Part shown: piece after piece, positions 26,319 through 34,307 of the stretch | Layout: each line of letters starts with the position of its first letter | Position numbering within the stretch: the stretch's first letter is position 1 | DNA from: a virus | Reading direction: 5' to 3' (one strand) | DNA: 64,000 nt | Virus record (IMG/VR): IMGVR_UViG_3300011005_000053 | The notes under the pieces: generated by a model | Told to the model about the DNA's origin: nothing | What the model saw: only the letters and a program-made list of their open reading frames with translations | Database searches by the model: none | Translations under genes and position numbers: made by a program

Positions 26319-27047
26319 ATGAGCCATTATGCCGTAGCTGTTTTTCACCGTCCCGATCAGGACATCGACGATCTGCTCGCCCCGTTTGACGAGAATCTGG
26401 AGGTCGACCCGTATCTCTCCTATACGAAGCAGGAGGCCATCGACCATGTGCGGCAGCATTGGTCTTTTGTGATGGACGGCCCCAAGAAAATTCCCGTTGC
26501 AGAGGCGACCGACGCACAGTGCTATGCCTACATCGCTTCTGATTATGCGTCAGACATGAAAGACGAGGATGGAAACCTGTATTCCACCTACAATCCGAAT
26601 TCCAAGTGGGACTGGTATCAGGAGGGAGGCAGATGGAGCGGCAGCCTTCGACTGAAATCCGGAGGAATAACAGACAGCGCCGCCGTCCGTGACCTGGATT
26701 TCTCGCCCGATATGACAGAGTATGAAGAGGCCGCGATCTGGTGGGACAAAGCCGTTGACGGCAAGGTAGAGGAAGGAGAGGAAAAGCCCCTCTGCTTCTT
26801 CAGAGAGGATTACATGAGGCAGCGCTACCGCGACCGGGAAACGTATGCCAGATTGAATTCGGTGTTCAACACTTACGCTGTGCTGACGCCGGATGGCGTT
26901 TGGCATGAACCCGGACAGATGGGATGGTTCGGCTGTTCCAGCGAGGAGCCTGAGGACGGCCTGTATTGGGACGAGCATTACCAGGAAACCTTCATTGATA
27001 CGGCCGATCCGGACTGGATCCTCACGGTGGTGGACTGTCATATTTAA
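26319..27047 (+). CDS. hypothetical protein
   Basis: TAAGGAGGAAATCGA then ATG. Confidence 0.55.
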   Translation: MSHYAVAVFHRPDQDIDDLLAPFDENLEVDPYLSYTKQEAIDHVRQHWSFVMDGPKKIPVAEATDAQCYAYIASDYASDMKDEDGNLYSTYNPNSKWDWYQEGGRWSGSLRLKSGGITDSAAVRDLDFSPDMTEYEEAAIWWDKAVDGKVEEGEEKPLCFFREDYMRQRYRDRETYARLNSVFNTYAVLTPDGVWHEPGQMGWFGCSSEEPEDGLYWDEHYQETFIDTADPDWILTVVDCHI

Positions 27048-27161
27048 ATTACCAACATCTACCTGCTTGACAGACAGTAATTGGTAACGTATGATGAGTG
27101 TATAGAAAAATAGATATTACGCAAATGCGTAATTGTGAAGCATTAAACTTTTGCAAATGCA

Positions 27162-27189
27162 TTGACAAATTCCAAAAAATCAGTATAAT
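27162..27189 (+). promoter_or_regulatory. sigma-A type promoter (TTGACA-16-TATAAT) with upstream GCAAATGC direct repeats and a 5'-UTR hairpin
   Basis: TTGACA at 27162-27167, TATAAT at 27184-27189. GCAAATGC occurs twice at 27121-27160. The UTR forms an 8-bp stem GCGAAGCG...CGCTTCGC. Confidence 0.55.
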
Positions 27190-27252
27190 CGAGTGCGAAG
27201 CGGGCTGCTGAAAAGCAATTCGCTTCGCCCTCCCAACTGGAAAGGAGTGTAT

Positions 27253-28050
27253 ATGGGAGAGCTGATCCTGTTTGATCCGACGAAGCCGAGAAACACGGAT
27301 TATGAAGTTGTACAGAGTGCGTTCCACGGAAGAAACGAAATCGCAAGAAGTCATGCTGCGACACCGATCAAGCGCATTGAAGATATCATGCTGGTCGAAG
27401 ATTATATCCTGAACCGGCGGGACTACCGCAAAGAGGAAATTCGTCTGCGGGATTACCTGATGTTCGTCATGGGAATCAATTTCGGCCTGCGGGCAGGAGA
27501 CCTGCTGCGGCTGCAGTACGGACACATCCTGGAGCCGAACGGGCGAGTGCGTGATATGATCGAGCTGATCGAGGAGAAAACGGAAAACACAAACGCCAGA
27601 CTGAAACGCCGGCATGTGTATGTGAACGACGACGTGTTCGACGCGCTGAAAATTTACATGTCCGGCCGCCGCATCGATCTGGATGATTACCTGTTTACCA
27701 GTCAGAGCAACAACGTCGGTCTCTGGGACGAATCCAAATGCCTGTCACGTCGCAACGCTGAGCGCATTCTGAAACAGATCGTGGAAGCAGAGCTGAAATT
27801 GGACGTTCACGCCAGCACCCACATGATGCGGAAGACGTTTGCGTATCAGACGCTGATGAGTGTGCCGGATCGAAACCGGGCGCTTGAGATCGTGCAGACG
27901 ATCCTGAACCACTCCACGCCGCAGATGACCATGCATTACATCGGTATCACGGAAGATGAGATCCAGAACGCTTACAAAACCTTAAGTCTCGGTCTGGGTC
28001 GGAAGAACGGAATGGATTTCTACCGCAGTTCGGGAGCGTGGGCCGTATGA
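27253..28050 (+). CDS. tyrosine recombinase B (XerC/D-sized)
   Basis: HMMRKTFAYQ (HxxR) and LNHSTPQMTMHYIGI (H...Y) catalytic motifs. GGAAAGGAG then ATG. Confidence 0.75.
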   Translation: MGELILFDPTKPRNTDYEVVQSAFHGRNEIARSHAATPIKRIEDIMLVEDYILNRRDYRKEEIRLRDYLMFVMGINFGLRAGDLLRLQYGHILEPNGRVRDMIELIEEKTENTNARLKRRHVYVNDDVFDALKIYMSGRRIDLDDYLFTSQSNNVGLWDESKCLSRRNAERILKQIVEAELKLDVHASTHMMRKTFAYQTLMSVPDRNRALEIVQTILNHSTPQMTMHYIGITEDEIQNAYKTLSLGLGRKNGMDFYRSSGAWAV

Positions 28051-28268
28051 AAAAGAGTCTGTACGGAGGAAAGCCGAAAAATCCCTGCGCCTACTGTGCC
28101 CATCACAAAAGGAATTTGACGGTCCCGGAGATGCGTCTCCATGAATGTCTGCAGAAACAGTGCTTCCATCTGCGGAAAAACGATCATCCGTACTGGAAGC
28201 AGCGTGAAGTTATGAAACAAAAACGAAAAGACCGCAAGGCGTATTACGACGCGTTGGCTGGGAGGTGA
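28047..28268 (+). CDS. basic zinc-finger-like small protein
   Basis: CAYCAHH...C...C. ATGA overlap. Confidence 0.45.
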   Translation: MKKSLYGGKPKNPCAYCAHHKRNLTVPEMRLHECLQKQCFHLRKNDHPYWKQREVMKQKRKDRKAYYDALAGR

Positions 28269-28273
28269 TAACT

Positions 28274-28984
28274 TTGGAAGTCGTGATTTTTTTATTCGCG
28301 CTCATTGTTTTTGTTGTTGCCGCTATCGGCGCCAATACAAGCAGTGTTATGAAATACCGTAAGTGGCAAAAGAAACTATACGATACAGCAGATCAAATTC
28401 AAAGCATTGGCAATGAGCGCAGCAACACACTACGAGAGCTTTTGAATGGACAAAACCCAACGCGTTATAACTTCCTATTGGAATTTGATGAGGCGATGCG
28501 GCTTTATGACGTAATGCTTAAAAAATACGAAGGTGAACACCCTCCAGGAAGTGCATATGACGAATGGACGGTTGAATATGGGGCTTCTATGCTTAAAACA
28601 CATAAGCATATGACATTTCAGCCTGGAGATTACTATCATTCTGATGTGGAATGGAACTATAGAGATTCTGTCGTATATACCTATAAAGAACCATGGTGTT
28701 CTTATGGAGGAAGTTTAGAGATACGAACGTGGTATCTATCGCCGGCCATGTATTGCCTTGGACTTGCTCGATATGAAGTGATCAAACATGGATATCTCCC
28801 AAGCAATGTCTATCAAGATTTTGGTAATAGCTATACTCCATTCATGCCGGGGCCATATAGAACAGGCGGTTTTCCAAGTGATATTGTTACACTTGTTTAC
28901 GATGTTTTGCATGGCAAGCGTACGCGCGAAGACGCACGTCTCGCATTGACAAGGAAGCAGCATGACTACGACAATATAAAATAG
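28274..28984 (+). CDS. membrane-anchored hypothetical protein, markedly lower GC (~42%), moron-like
   Basis: N-terminal TM helix. AT-rich codon usage unlike its neighbours. GGGAGG plus 7 nt then TTG. Confidence 0.5.
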   Translation: MEVVIFLFALIVFVVAAIGANTSSVMKYRKWQKKLYDTADQIQSIGNERSNTLRELLNGQNPTRYNFLLEFDEAMRLYDVMLKKYEGEHPPGSAYDEWTVEYGASMLKTHKHMTFQPGDYYHSDVEWNYRDSVVYTYKEPWCSYGGSLEIRTWYLSPAMYCLGLARYEVIKHGYLPSNVYQDFGNSYTPFMPGPYRTGGFPSDIVTLVYDVLHGKRTREDARLALTRKQHDYDNIK

Positions 28985-28995
28985 GAGGAATGCCC

Positions 28996-29226
28996 ATGAA
29001 CAACAAACGTCGCGCAGCCATCCGTGCCATCGCCGAAAAGCTCGAACAGCTCTCAGAAGAAATCGAGTCGATCCGGGACGACGAACAGGACTACTTCGAC
29101 AACATGCCTGAGAATTTACAGGGATCGGAAAGGGGTGAGATCGCAGAAAACGCCCTTGACGCACTGGAAGAAGCGAGCAGCAATTTAGAGGAAGCCATCG
29201 GAAATTTAGAGAATGCAGCAGAATAA
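28996..29226 (+). CDS. acidic coiled-coil small protein
   Basis: TAGGAGGAATGCCC then ATG. Confidence 0.5.
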   Translation: MNNKRRAAIRAIAEKLEQLSEEIESIRDDEQDYFDNMPENLQGSERGEIAENALDALEEASSNLEEAIGNLENAAE

Positions 29227-29237
29227 GGATGAGGAAC

Positions 29238-29483
29238 ATGAATCTTAACTGGAACCAAGCCGAGACCAGACGTGACGATGATTATGTGTGCTGTGAGGTG
29301 CCGGTCACACTGCCGGCACCAGGCATTCCCGATTACGCCAAACGGGCCATGGTCATCATGACCAACTATAACTACAAAGCAGCGCTGTGCTACCTGGACG
29401 AAGACGACAGGCCGCACTACATAGACCACGCATTTGCGCAAGAGGAAATTGAAAAACTGAAAAGGATGGTGTCCAGCCCATGA
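29238..29483 (+). CDS. hypothetical protein
   Basis: AGGATGAGGAAC then ATG. Confidence 0.45.
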   Translation: MNLNWNQAETRRDDDYVCCEVPVTLPAPGIPDYAKRAMVIMTNYNYKAALCYLDEDDRPHYIDHAFAQEEIEKLKRMVSSP

Positions 29484-29698
29484 AACGGTTCAGAACCACC
29501 AGACGTGTGCGCCGGCTTTGCGGCGAGACACTGCAGACTTATGGCGAGAACGCCGTACTGTATTTCGACCACCGCGAGGGAGGGAAATACGCGGCTGTCT
29601 ACTATGACCCGGCCAACAATCAGATGATCTTGGTCGAGTCCCACGACGTGTCAGCCCCTAAGCTCGAACTGGATTTCACAAAATTTTCGAAAAAATAA
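29480..29698 (+). CDS. hypothetical basic protein
   Basis: ATGA overlap. Confidence 0.45.
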   Translation: MKRFRTTRRVRRLCGETLQTYGENAVLYFDHREGGKYAAVYYDPANNQMILVESHDVSAPKLELDFTKFSKK

Positions 29699-29738
29699 GA
29701 ATTAGGGTATTGACAAATCGGCGCAAATGTGCTATAGT
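29694..29738 (+). promoter_or_regulatory. conserved-motif promoter (AAGAATTAGGGTATTGACA-17-TATAGT)
   Basis: TTGACA at 29710-29715, TATAGT at 29733-29738. Confidence 0.6.
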
Positions 29739-29761
29739 TACACACGAAGGGAGGTCGTTGT

Positions 29762-30121
29762 ATGAACAGAATACCGGATTTCGGTGACGTTTACGTCGCC
29801 AGCCTAACCGTGAATGGCAGTGTGCAGGGAGGAATCCGCCCCGTGATCATCGCGCAGAACAACACGGGCAATCAGCACAGTCCCACGATCGAAGTCATTC
29901 CGATGTCCAGCCGTGTCGGCAAGGCCAGCTATCTGCCGACGCACGTTGTGATCAGTGCCGAACAGGAAAACGGATTGCGTCAGGACAGCATCGCGCTGAC
30001 CGAACAGACGCAGACCATCAATCAGTCGCAGCTCAGCCGCAAGCTCGGTCATCTTACATGGAACGACCTGATCCGTGTGGGACGAGCCCGGCGCGTACAA
30101 TCTCCATTTCCAACAGAATAA
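29762..30121 (+). CDS. MazF/PemK-family endoribonuclease toxin-like protein
   Basis: GDVYVASL...GSVQGGIRPVIIAQNN...IEVIPMSS...HVVISAEQENGLRQDSIALTEQTQTINQSQL fits the Kid/PemK/MazF fold pattern. GAAGGGAGG plus 7 nt then ATG. It has its own strong promoter. Confidence 0.65.
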   Translation: MNRIPDFGDVYVASLTVNGSVQGGIRPVIIAQNNTGNQHSPTIEVIPMSSRVGKASYLPTHVVISAEQENGLRQDSIALTEQTQTINQSQLSRKLGHLTWNDLIRVGRARRVQSPFPTE

Positions 30122-30165
30122 ATCAGAAATAGGGTATTGACAAACTCGCTTACATATGGTATAAT
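30121..30165 (+). promoter_or_regulatory. conserved-motif promoter (AATCAGAAATAGGGTATTGACA-17-TATAAT)
   Basis: TTGACA at 30137-30142, TATAAT at 30160-30165. The best consensus copy. Confidence 0.65.
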
Positions 30166-30190
30166 ACCTGTAATGCGAGGAGGAATGTTC

Positions 30191-31123
30191 ATGTTCAACC
30201 CGGAGATCAAACAAAAATTCATCGAATCTTTAAGTAAAGCGGACGTCGTGCAGGCCACCTATTCCATGGGGCGCATTGCGGAAATGATCGAGGAGCCGCT
30301 GAACACCGACTATTTTGAACTGGTCGCCGCAGGACGCACAAAAGAGATCTATCAAAGCGTCGAGGAAAAAGGAACCACTATTGCCTATAGGACCTACCGC
30401 AATATTTTTCATTACGGCAAGCTGTATGTCCGCTGGCGCTGCATTACAGACGGCGTGTTCGTCAACGAAAAAGACCACCCGACCATCGCAAACGGGGAGA
30501 CGTACAACTTTTCCCTGACGCCCGCCTTTTCCAAACAGCTTGTGCTGACAGAGAACGATCTGGAGCTCGTGTGCAACAAACTCCGCAACTACCGCGAAAG
30601 CGCACAGCTTCCGGTCATCTACTGTCTGGCGTGGCTGGGGCAGAGCGCCGAGGACATCCGCACTCTGAAAGAAAATGAGGTATACTTCTCAGGCGACGGC
30701 AGCGTTATGATCGGGAACCACATGATCGACGACGGTTTTGTGTCCCGCAAGCTGCATGAATACGCCGAGACAGAGGTCGTGATCGGCAACGCCGCCCCGC
30801 TGGAGAAGGCAGACGGCGACACTTTTTACCGCAGATTTGTGAAGCGTGGCTCCGCCAAAAACAAGCCGATCGGAACCCGGTTTTTATCCAACACCATTAC
30901 GGAGGCCGGCGCCGCCATCGGCCAGGAGGTTGTGGTATCCATCCGCGACCTGAATTATTTCGGCGCCTTCGCCGAGATCCGGGCTTTTACCGAAAAATAT
31001 GGCATCCAGGCGGACGCCAGTCATATTGTTCGTTTCTTCGGAGTCAAAAGCACGACACACAAAAACGACCTTTTGCACGCCTACCAATGTTATTTGGAAG
31101 CCGTAAAAGAAAGGGGCGGTTAA
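30191..31123 (+). CDS. hypothetical protein (310 aa)
   Basis: GAGGAGGA plus 6 nt then ATG at 30191. Confidence 0.5.
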   Translation: MFNPEIKQKFIESLSKADVVQATYSMGRIAEMIEEPLNTDYFELVAAGRTKEIYQSVEEKGTTIAYRTYRNIFHYGKLYVRWRCITDGVFVNEKDHPTIANGETYNFSLTPAFSKQLVLTENDLELVCNKLRNYRESAQLPVIYCLAWLGQSAEDIRTLKENEVYFSGDGSVMIGNHMIDDGFVSRKLHEYAETEVVIGNAAPLEKADGDTFYRRFVKRGSAKNKPIGTRFLSNTITEAGAAIGQEVVVSIRDLNYFGAFAEIRAFTEKYGIQADASHIVRFFGVKSTTHKNDLLHAYQCYLEAVKERGG

Positions 31124-31148
31124 CCGTCCTTTTCTTTTCGGATCATAA

Positions 31149-31170
31149 AATCAGAATTAGGGTATTCACA
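31149..31170 (+). promoter_or_regulatory. degenerate conserved element (AATCAGAATTAGGGTATTCACA) 5 nt upstream of the tRNA cluster
   Basis: TTCACA in place of TTGACA. Any -10 would fall inside the tRNA. Confidence 0.45.
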
Positions 31171-31175
31171 ATTAT

Positions 31176-31252
31176 GCTGGCGTGGCGCAATTGGCAGACG
31201 CACCGGACTTAAAATCCGGTTTCTGCGGGTTCGATCCCCGCCGCCAGTACCA
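31176..31252 (+). tRNA. tRNA with anticodon TAA and a short (class I) variable loop; atypical for a Leu-reading tRNA
   Basis: Hand fold. Acceptor GCUGGCG/CGCCAGU, anticodon arm CCGGA-CUUAAAA-UCCGG, T arm GCGGG-UUCGAUC-CCCGC, CCA encoded. Confidence 0.55.
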
Positions 31253-31464
31253 TCTTTCACAAAAACCGGAGGGCACACCGTCTTATTGCAGACGGCGGAA
31301 CAACTATTCTTTGCGAATCCTTAATGTGCCGCGAACCGCAGGCAGACCCGGACACAGTACCGCCGATTTTGTTTTCTTTTCTCATCCTCCTTTGTCAAAA
31401 TCGGGTAACAGAAACGGCTTCACCTGCAAGCGCCGCTTAGTTTTGACGGTCTAAGCGGACATAC

Positions 31465-31540
31465 GCTGTCGTAGCTCAATTGGAAGAGCGACGCCCCTGT
31501 AAGGCGTAGGTTATGAGTTCAAGTCTCATCGGCAGCTCCA
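31465..31540 (+). tRNA. tRNA-Thr (anticodon TGT), C at position 33
   Basis: Hand fold. Acceptor GCUGUCG/CGGCAGC, D arm GCUC-AAUUGGAA-GAGC, anticodon arm ACGCC-CCUGUAA-GGCGU, T arm AUGAG-UUCAAGU-CUCAU, CCA encoded. Confidence 0.6.
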
Positions 31541-31543
31541 CAC

Positions 31544-31617
31544 ACTGCGGTAGCTCAACGGCAGAGCGGGCGACTTATAATCGTCTGATAAAAGTTCAAC
31601 TCTTTTCCGCAGTACCA
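31544..31617 (+). tRNA. tRNA-Ile (anticodon TAT)
   Basis: Hand fold. Acceptor ACUGCGG/CCGCAGU, anticodon arm GGCGA-CUUAUAA-UCGUC, T arm AAAAG-UUCAACU-CUUUU, CCA encoded. Only 3 nt after the previous tRNA. Confidence 0.6.
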
Positions 31618-31646
31618 TCAATCTTTTTAGACAGGAGGAAAGTCCA

Positions 31647-31895
31647 ATGTACCAGTTGTATTTTGAACGCAGCAACGGCGAGATCCAGCCGGTAGCCAGG
31701 GCCCCCGACGACAAGAGCGTGTGGCCGGCCATCCGCGACGACATCGCAAGACGAAATCCGAATTTTGTGGTGTACTACATACGAAATTGGGTGGTTAATC
31801 GGAACGGCGAGCCGGCGACTATGTTCGATGTGGGAAGCCACACAGAGTTCTATTACTGTGTGCCGCCGCTTCCGCAGGAGGAGGAACCTACATGA
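31647..31895 (+). CDS. hypothetical protein
   Basis: ACAGGAGGAAAGTCCA then ATG. Confidence 0.55.
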   Translation: MYQLYFERSNGEIQPVARAPDDKSVWPAIRDDIARRNPNFVVYYIRNWVVNRNGEPATMFDVGSHTEFYYCVPPLPQEEEPT

Positions 31896-32077
31896 GCTGC
31901 CAGCACGAAAACGCCGCGTCCGTCCGCCTCGGTGCATACGAAATCGATCCGTGTGAATTCGAAGAAGTGGAACGACATGCCAATGTTACGGTCAGCATTC
32001 TACGCTGTCCGAAATGCGGCAAGGTCAGCATCGGCTGGCTCAGACAGGAGGATACGATCGATCTGGAGGTGGAGTAA
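31892..32077 (+). CDS. zinc-ribbon small protein
   Basis: CxxC...CPKCG. ATGA overlap. Confidence 0.5.
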   Translation: MSCQHENAASVRLGAYEIDPCEFEEVERHANVTVSILRCPKCGKVSIGWLRQEDTIDLEVE

Positions 32078-32280
32078 TTCGATTTTGAAATTGATGTAAC
32101 GGCCATTGTGCTTCGCATTTACCGCACTCTTTGTGCCATAGGAATTTGGGCAGTTGTATATGGTCTCGTGACCAACCTGACGCCGTATCACTCCATGACG
32201 CCGATCGCCAAGATCCTTCTGGCTGTGGCTGCGTGGCTGATCGAGAATAAACTTGCCTATTACTTATTTGTGGAGGAAGT

Positions 32281-32592
32281 ATGAAAGGATTTTTGCACTT
32301 CCTGTTCTGGAAGCTGTGCCGCCGGCATCTGATTTGGGACGGAAACGTCCTGCGCTGCAGTGTATGCGGCGATGTGATCGGCGGCCGCTACCTGAAAGAC
32401 AACGCGACGCATGTCTTTCTCTTCACGAAATACCACGATTGGAAACAGGATATTCTGGATATGCCAGACACGGCTATGGCTCCGTATGTCGATCTGGAGT
32501 ATCAGGAATTCGATCAATTTATGGAGGAGCTGAAATATTCCGTCCGTTCCGCACGGGATATGACATTGGAGGAAAACGAATTTGACGAATAA
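32281..32592 (+). CDS. hypothetical protein
   Basis: TGTGGAGGAAGT then ATG. Confidence 0.55.
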   Translation: MKGFLHFLFWKLCRRHLIWDGNVLRCSVCGDVIGGRYLKDNATHVFLFTKYHDWKQDILDMPDTAMAPYVDLEYQEFDQFMEELKYSVRSARDMTLEENEFDE

Positions 32593-33160
32593 GGAACGCT
32601 TTGATCATCTGTATCACGACATTCACCGCTCTGGTGCAGACGAACTGTACAATTACCTGCAGCGCAGCGATTTCTTTACGGCTCCGGCGTCCACCCGCTT
32701 TCACGGCAATTACGAAGGCGGTCTGCTGGAACATTCGCTGAACGTATACGACTGTCTGCTGAAAATGCTGGAGACGGTTTGCCCGGAGCGCAGCTATCCC
32801 GATGAAACGATTTTGATCGTCTCCCTCCTGCATGACCTGTGCAAGACTAACTTTTACAAGCCTGGCACACGTAATGTGAAGAACCCGGAAACAGGGAAGT
32901 GGGAGACGAAAGAGGTCTACGAGATCGATGAGATGTGGCCTCTCGGAGATCATTCCGACAAATCTCTGGTGTTGATCCAGAATTTCATGCACCTGACCAC
33001 CGATGAAATTTATGCCATTCGTGCCCATATGGGATTCAGCGACGCCACCTTTAAGGGCGGCAGCCAGATGATCGGCCGTATCTTTGAAAAGTGCCCGCTG
33101 GCTCTGGCGTTACATATGGCCGACATGATGGCGACTTATACCATGGAGGAAAAGCGATGA
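32582..33160 (+). CDS. HD-domain phosphohydrolase (YhaM-like)
   Basis: FHGNYEGGLLEHSLNV, LLHDLCK and GDHSD motifs. TTG start after GGAGGAAAA. Confidence 0.6.
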   Translation: MTNKERFDHLYHDIHRSGADELYNYLQRSDFFTAPASTRFHGNYEGGLLEHSLNVYDCLLKMLETVCPERSYPDETILIVSLLHDLCKTNFYKPGTRNVKNPETGKWETKEVYEIDEMWPLGDHSDKSLVLIQNFMHLTTDEIYAIRAHMGFSDATFKGGSQMIGRIFEKCPLALALHMADMMATYTMEEKR

Positions 33161-33211
33161 GGAAATCGCATACTGCTCATGTGTCCATTTACAGGTTTAC
33201 GCCTGATTAAA

Positions 33212-33233
33212 AATCAGAATTAGGGGATTCACA
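33212..33233 (+). promoter_or_regulatory. degenerate conserved element (AATCAGAATTAGGGGATTCACA) abutting the start of the annealase gene
   Basis: It ends 2 nt before the TTG start at 33236. No -10 box and no SD. Confidence 0.4.
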
Positions 33234-33235
33234 CA

Positions 33236-33916
33236 TTGGAAAATAATAAAGCAAAAGAGATATTCGACACGCTGTTTGCGGTCGATGTAAGTCAGTATAC
33301 CGACGCCCGAAAGGGCCTGACGTATCTTCCTTGGAGCCACGCACTGTCCGAAGTGATGAAGCTCTATCCGGATATGAGTTACAGCATCCGGCGTTTCGGC
33401 CCGGATGAACTGCCGTACCAGTATGATCCGGTGCTTGGTTATATGGTTTTTACCACCGTGACCATCGGCGGTATCACAAAGGAAATGTGGCTGCCGGTAC
33501 TGGATACCAACAACAAGGCCATGAAGGCCGACCCGTATACATATGATACGAAGACTACAAAGGGAATCCGGGTAGAGGCCGCGACCTTCTACGACATCAA
33601 CAAGGCGCTGATGCGCTGCCTTGTAAAGAACATCGCCGCGTTCGGCCTTGGTATGTACATCTATAACAAAGACGACCTGCCCGAGGCTGTCACCGAGGAA
33701 CAGGAAAGAGCAGCAGAGGAGCTCGCCGCCGCCATCAAGCGTGTTGTAGCCGCCGGCACGAAACTGATCAAGGCCGGTTATTCCAAGGAAGAGATGTACG
33801 CTGTTGTGGAGCGCATTAACGGCAACAAGCAGCCCAACACGATCCCCAGTGTCGAAGTCGCCAAGCAGATCGAAGATGAATTCGCCAACATGATGAAGAA
33901 GAAAGAGGGAAAGTAA
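33236..33916 (+). CDS. Rad52/Sak-like single-strand annealing protein
   Basis: GLTYLPWSHALSEVMKLYPDMSYSIRRFG and a conserved core typical of phage Sak / Rad52-22 annealases. TTG start without an SD. Confidence 0.6.
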   Translation: MENNKAKEIFDTLFAVDVSQYTDARKGLTYLPWSHALSEVMKLYPDMSYSIRRFGPDELPYQYDPVLGYMVFTTVTIGGITKEMWLPVLDTNNKAMKADPYTYDTKTTKGIRVEAATFYDINKALMRCLVKNIAAFGLGMYIYNKDDLPEAVTEEQERAAEELAAAIKRVVAAGTKLIKAGYSKEEMYAVVERINGNKQPNTIPSVEVAKQIEDEFANMMKKKEGK

Positions 33917-33917
33917 G

Positions 33918-34307
33918 ATGTTTTGGGTAACGAACAAGTACGCAAAGGTCTGGAAGATTTTCGGTGTGGACGGCAAGTACGCTGATATGAACATCAGCAC
34001 GTCCGAAAAGAAACAGGATGGCACTTATGCCAACAGCTCCTGGCCCGCAAGAGCCATCGGCCATGCCCTCCAGCAGGTGAAGACCGGTAAGATCAAAGAG
34101 GGTAATACATACGCCATCACGCAGGCCAAGGTGTCCAACGAATCTTATAAGGATAAAGACGGCAATTGGAAAAACAATCTCCGTCTGCTCGTGATGGAAT
34201 TTGGTCCTTCCGGCGCTGACGGCCAGAATGCTAAGCCGAAGGCCGCCACGCCCACCAAGGGTGTTGATGTTTCCGCCGCTAACGACGATGAGGAAGAGCC
34301 TTGGTAA
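33918..34307 (+). CDS. ssb: single-stranded DNA-binding protein (OB fold) with acidic C-terminal tip
   Basis: ~129 aa, ends DDEEEPW. Sits next to the annealase. Confidence 0.55.
   Translation: MFWVTNKYAKVWKIFGVDGKYADMNISTSEKKQDGTYANSSWPARAIGHALQQVKTGKIKEGNTYAITQAKVSNESYKDKDGNWKNNLRLLVMEFGPSGADGQNAKPKAATPTKGVDVSAANDDEEEPW

Noticed and set aside
31182-31454. 90-aa ORF across the tRNA cluster
   Set aside because: It overlaps the hand-folded tRNA at 31176-31252 and the structured spacer. No RBS.
32078-32283. Possible small two-TM ORF (GTG start, ~58 aa) in the gap before 32281
   Set aside because: The frame is continuous with the upstream gene after its stop, but no usable start codon has a ribosome-binding site. 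Left unannotated.
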